Shown piece after piece: positions 60,790-64,000 of a DNA stretch of 64,000 bases. The DNA is from Nitrosopumilus sp. (lineage in GTDB: Archaea > Thermoproteota > Nitrososphaeria > Nitrososphaerales > Nitrosopumilaceae). The position numbers and the translations under genes are program-made. Numbering within the stretch: position 1 is the stretch's first letter; each line of letters opens with the position of its first letter. Location: NCBI GenBank assembly GCA_965223425.1, contig OZ245003.1, positions 448,001 to 512,000 on the forward strand, read 5' to 3'. Below the pieces are notes generated by a model, which saw nothing but the letters and a program-made list of their open reading frames with translations, did not search any database and had not been told where the DNA came from.

Positions 60790-61632
60790 CTATCCGTAAG
60801 ATTCAAACTTGATTCCAAAACTTCCATCAGATTTCTTCTCATGCTCAGTAACAAAACCCCTTGAACCAATCGCTTCAATTACCCCGTCAATTGTACCTTG
60901 GTAACCACAAATGTATACGATGGTATTGTCTGGTGTTATTTCTTCTCCTACCATCTCATCTACTGGTGATAATCCCGTTTTTTTATCAGGCTTGAAAAAT
61001 GATTCCACTCTGCCTACATGGCCAGACCAAGATCTGTTAAAGAATTCTTTTGGCCTGCTAATAGCTGCCCTGTATCTGAAATTCCATTTTTCTCTGCCTC
61101 TTTTTTCACTTTCGTTTTCTAGATCTGTCAAAAGTCGTTTGTAGCTTAGTTCATCAACATAGCTTGCTCCATGTAGAACAACTATCTCTCTTTTGTCACT
61201 AGTGTCATGGAAATGTTTTGCAAATGCAATGAATGGAGCTAACCCTGTTCCGCCACCAACACAAATTATTCTTCTATTGTCTTTCTGTCCGTTAGGTAAC
61301 ACCTCACTAATTTGTAATGCAGCTCCAGTAGGATCACCCAGTGCCACTTCATCACCGACGCTAAGATAAAACAATTCAGTTGTAACGCGACCCGGAAGTG
61401 GCTTTCTTACCCATCTGATTACAAATTCAAAATAATCTCTGTTTTCTGCATGTGATGCAATTGAGTATGCGCGTCTAACAATCTTTTTTTCCGTTGGTAT
61501 TGGAAGGCCGATTGTTAGAAACTGACCAGTTTTATATTCAGGCATTCCATTTTCTGGTACTAGGCGAATGATTACTAGATCCTCTTTTAATAACTCCATA
61601 TAAGTGACCTTTGCCTTCATCTCAGTAACCAT
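60790..61632 (-). CDS. Ferredoxin-NADP+ reductase
   Basis: RAYSIAS, GGTGLAPF, YICG and C-terminal ESY motifs. Confidence 0.92.
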   Translation of the reverse strand: MVTEMKAKVTYMELLKEDLVIIRLVPENGMPEYKTGQFLTIGLPIPTEKKIVRRAYSIASHAENRDYFEFVIRWVRKPLPGRVTTELFYLSVGDEVALGDPTGAALQISEVLPNGQKDNRRIICVGGGTGLAPFIAFAKHFHDTSDKREIVVLHGASYVDELSYKRLLTDLENESEKRGREKWNFRYRAAISRPKEFFNRSWSGHVGRVESFFKPDKKTGLSPVDEMVGEEITPDNTIVYICGYQGTIDGVIEAIGSRGFVTEHEKKSDGSFGIKFESYG

Positions 61633-61757
61633 ACAGTGTTTTTTCGCGACTTTGGATAAATATATTTCTGTTATATTTTGATTCAAAAAATTTGATTATT
61701 AATCTAAAACATAAAAACCTAGAAAACTTTGTTGTGTTTAATTTCTTACTTGTTTGT

Positions 61758-62558
61758 TCACTGATTAATCTGTGACATTATCTCATCAAGAATTTTCTGA
61801 TTTGCAGCTGCAATAAAAGACACTCTTGTATCATAGCTCAGATCTGCATCAAGTGGATTCAAGTCTGCATCTAACAGTAATCCTCCTGCCTCCTTTACAA
61901 TTAGATAGCCTGCTGCAATATCTTGAATTCTAATTTTACCCCTCAAATCAATAAAAACATCCATTAATCCCCTTGCAAATAGTGCCATTTCTAGTGCATT
62001 TGCGCCAAAATGTCTTGTGTGATTATGGTTTTCAAATATCGGATGTAGCCGTTTCATCAAGTCTACTGTTGCACCAGACGTGTTAATGCCGACAATTTTG
62101 TAGATTGGATCACTGTTATGCACTTTGATCTGCTCTTCGTTGAAAAATGAACCCTTATTTTTTGAAGCCCAATACATTTCCCCATTTGCCAAATTTGTAA
62201 TAACCCCATCTGTAATTGAGCTAAGCTTATTCTCAGTTGCAAATGCCAACGAACTACAGAAAAAAGGAACGCCACGTACTGCGTTAGCAGAGCCATCTAT
62301 TGCATCCATAATGACGTATCCTTTAGGATTATCTGATAATTCTACTCGTCCGCATTCCTCACCTAAAACAACACACTCAAAATTAATTTCCCTAAGATAG
62401 TCTAAAACTGTTTTTTCAGCAACAATGTCTATATTTCGTGAAATATCTCCTCCCGCACCTATGCCAAAATCTCCTGCAGCGTGTTCAGTGCCTGCAAGAT
62501 CTTTTACATTTTCATAAATTCGATTTGAAACTTGACGAAGAATTTCTATTACTTCCAT
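61758..62558 (-). CDS. Inositol monophosphatase / FBPase family protein
   Basis: GEE, DAIDGS and DIAAG motifs. Confidence 0.9.
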   Translation of the reverse strand: MEVIEILRQVSNRIYENVKDLAGTEHAAGDFGIGAGGDISRNIDIVAEKTVLDYLREINFECVVLGEECGRVELSDNPKGYVIMDAIDGSANAVRGVPFFCSSLAFATENKLSSITDGVITNLANGEMYWASKNKGSFFNEEQIKVHNSDPIYKIVGINTSGATVDLMKRLHPIFENHNHTRHFGANALEMALFARGLMDVFIDLRGKIRIQDIAAGYLIVKEAGGLLLDADLNPLDADLSYDTRVSFIAAANQKILDEIMSQINQ

Positions 62559-62640
62559 ACCGCATGTTCAGTATTTCGTAATTTAAGTCAAGTAAACATT
62601 TGTTTTGAAAGCATAAATAACAATAAAGAAGTTTACGTTT

Positions 62641-63756
62641 GTGAGTGGCAAGGATCAATCAGTTGTAAGTAAAGAAGCTTTGATGAGTACAAAACCTGGA
62701 AAACAAATACTCAAACAAGGATTATTCAAATCAAAAGGTTTCAAACTATTTAACAAGTACAGGGACGAAACAGAAAATGAGTTTCCAAATTTTGCAGAAC
62801 GATTTGCACAGGGCCTTCTTAATGAAATAAAGTCCGATACTGACCCAAATTCTACTCAGCAAGCATTTGGTAATGAAGTAGATTCCACTGAAATAATACT
62901 AGGCGCATCTGAAATTGAGCCTGTTAAATCAAAATTAGAAAGTCCAGACGTTCTAAAAGATAGGGTGCTTCGAATTTTAAATTCCAATTTTGTAAAGATG
63001 ACCTTCCCTGTTTTTAATGCACTATTTGACGGCGCCTCAGAATATACTGGAAGAAATGATCATCAATTAAGACAAGATATGGTTGAGGGGCACATCTTGG
63101 CAATCGATCTTAGCGAACCGATGGATAGAATTGTGGACAGAGATGAAGACTTGGAATTTCTTGATGATTACAAACTAATGAATCCATACATTCTGAAATT
63201 AGCTAGAGATAAAATTTCAAATGGCGGCGACAAAGTTCTCAAAGAATTTGAAGAAGGATTCAAAGATGCAAGAGTAGGACAGTATCTTGATGAGAAATTA
63301 AAATCAAAACCGACAGAAATTACTGAGGAAGAAATGACCTTATCTTACAAAAAATATCGCGCAGTAATGGGAACTGCAGGTAAAAACATGGCTTTGGCAG
63401 AACGGCCATTAGGTGAAATTTTCTATTTGGGTATGGCAAAAGCTGCAGAAGGTGTCGGATGTGGTAATGAAATCGAAGACTCGATCAAAAATGGATTTGT
63501 AAAAATACCTTCATGGCCACTTTATTACTCGTTATTGTCAAATGATGTGAAAAAAGGATTTGAAATCACACTTGAAAAAAGCAACTTGTATTTACAGGAT
63601 GCCCGTCTTACTCTTGAAATGTTACCTGAAGGATTTTCTCATAAAGAATTTTTGGAATTTTTGTTTTTAACTGTAGAACATTACAATCAGTATTGGTACA
63701 ATCAATTGCAAAAGGCCAACAAATGGTCGGAATTCGAATCCAAACTTCCCAGGTGA
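62641..63756 (+). CDS. Conserved hypothetical protein
   Basis: 371-aa ORF, host-like composition. Confidence 0.8.
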   Translation: MSGKDQSVVSKEALMSTKPGKQILKQGLFKSKGFKLFNKYRDETENEFPNFAERFAQGLLNEIKSDTDPNSTQQAFGNEVDSTEIILGASEIEPVKSKLESPDVLKDRVLRILNSNFVKMTFPVFNALFDGASEYTGRNDHQLRQDMVEGHILAIDLSEPMDRIVDRDEDLEFLDDYKLMNPYILKLARDKISNGGDKVLKEFEEGFKDARVGQYLDEKLKSKPTEITEEEMTLSYKKYRAVMGTAGKNMALAERPLGEIFYLGMAKAAEGVGCGNEIEDSIKNGFVKIPSWPLYYSLLSNDVKKGFEITLEKSNLYLQDARLTLEMLPEGFSHKEFLEFLFLTVEHYNQYWYNQLQKANKWSEFESKLPR

Positions 63757-63764
63757 TAAAATTG

Positions 63765-64000
63765 ATGTGGTCTGAAAAACACCGACCTCAGATTATTTCT
63801 GATATGGTGGGAAACGAAGAATCCCGCTCTTCTATAGTGGAATGGTTTGCAAAGTGGAAAAAAGGAACAAAGCCGCTTCTTCTTGTCGGCCCTCCTGGAA
63901 TTGGAAAAACCACCATGGCGTATCTTATCGCAAAACAATTTGGATATGATATGATTGGGCTCAATGCTAGTGACGCTAGAAGTAAATCTAGAATTAATGA
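63765..64000 (+). CDS. rfcL: Replication factor C large subunit (5' part, runs off window)
   Basis: MWSEKHRP, GPPGIGKT and LNASDAR motifs. Confidence 0.9.
   Translation, partial: MWSEKHRPQIISDMVGNEESRSSIVEWFAKWKKGTKPLLLVGPPGIGKTTMAYLIAKQFGYDMIGLNASDARSKSRIN

Overview
Archaeal genomic window, most likely from an ammonia-oxidising Nitrosopumilaceae (inferred from the AT-rich core genes and their small thaumarchaeal-type neighbours). Housekeeping genes (radical SAM protein, glycosyltransferase, aspartokinase, ilvE, FNR, IMPase, RFC large subunit, a catalytically altered HemA-like protein) and three tRNAs (Val-TAC, Lys-TTT, Asp-GTC) are interrupted by two large tRNA-anchored islands. Island A (~6.7-26.9 kb, at tRNA-Val) looks like two tandem integrative elements, both with IS-broken integrases. 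One carries an SNF2 helicase / Cys-rich / Mrr-nuclease cluster. The other carries an unusual GHKL-ATPase / unknown / DUF6339-like::PAPS-reductase-like fusion / GIY-YIG / DndB-like (DGQHR) operon. Island B (32163-56748, at tRNA-Asp, 19-bp att repeat, intact integrase) has a backbone of a TopoVI-A-like Toprim protein, an actin/ParM-like ATPase, a VirD4/HerA-like ATPase and AbrB, plus a highly structured non-coding region. Its cargo is an SspABCD-like DNA-phosphorothioation locus coupled to a MORC-type ATPase and SF2 helicase, with DUF262/DUF1524, PLD, Schlafen and HNH genes. Many IS elements (ISH3, IS5, IS481, IS630), two MITEs and relic defence genes (Shedu-like, HicAB) are also present. All family assignments come from motif recognition by eye; no database searches were run.
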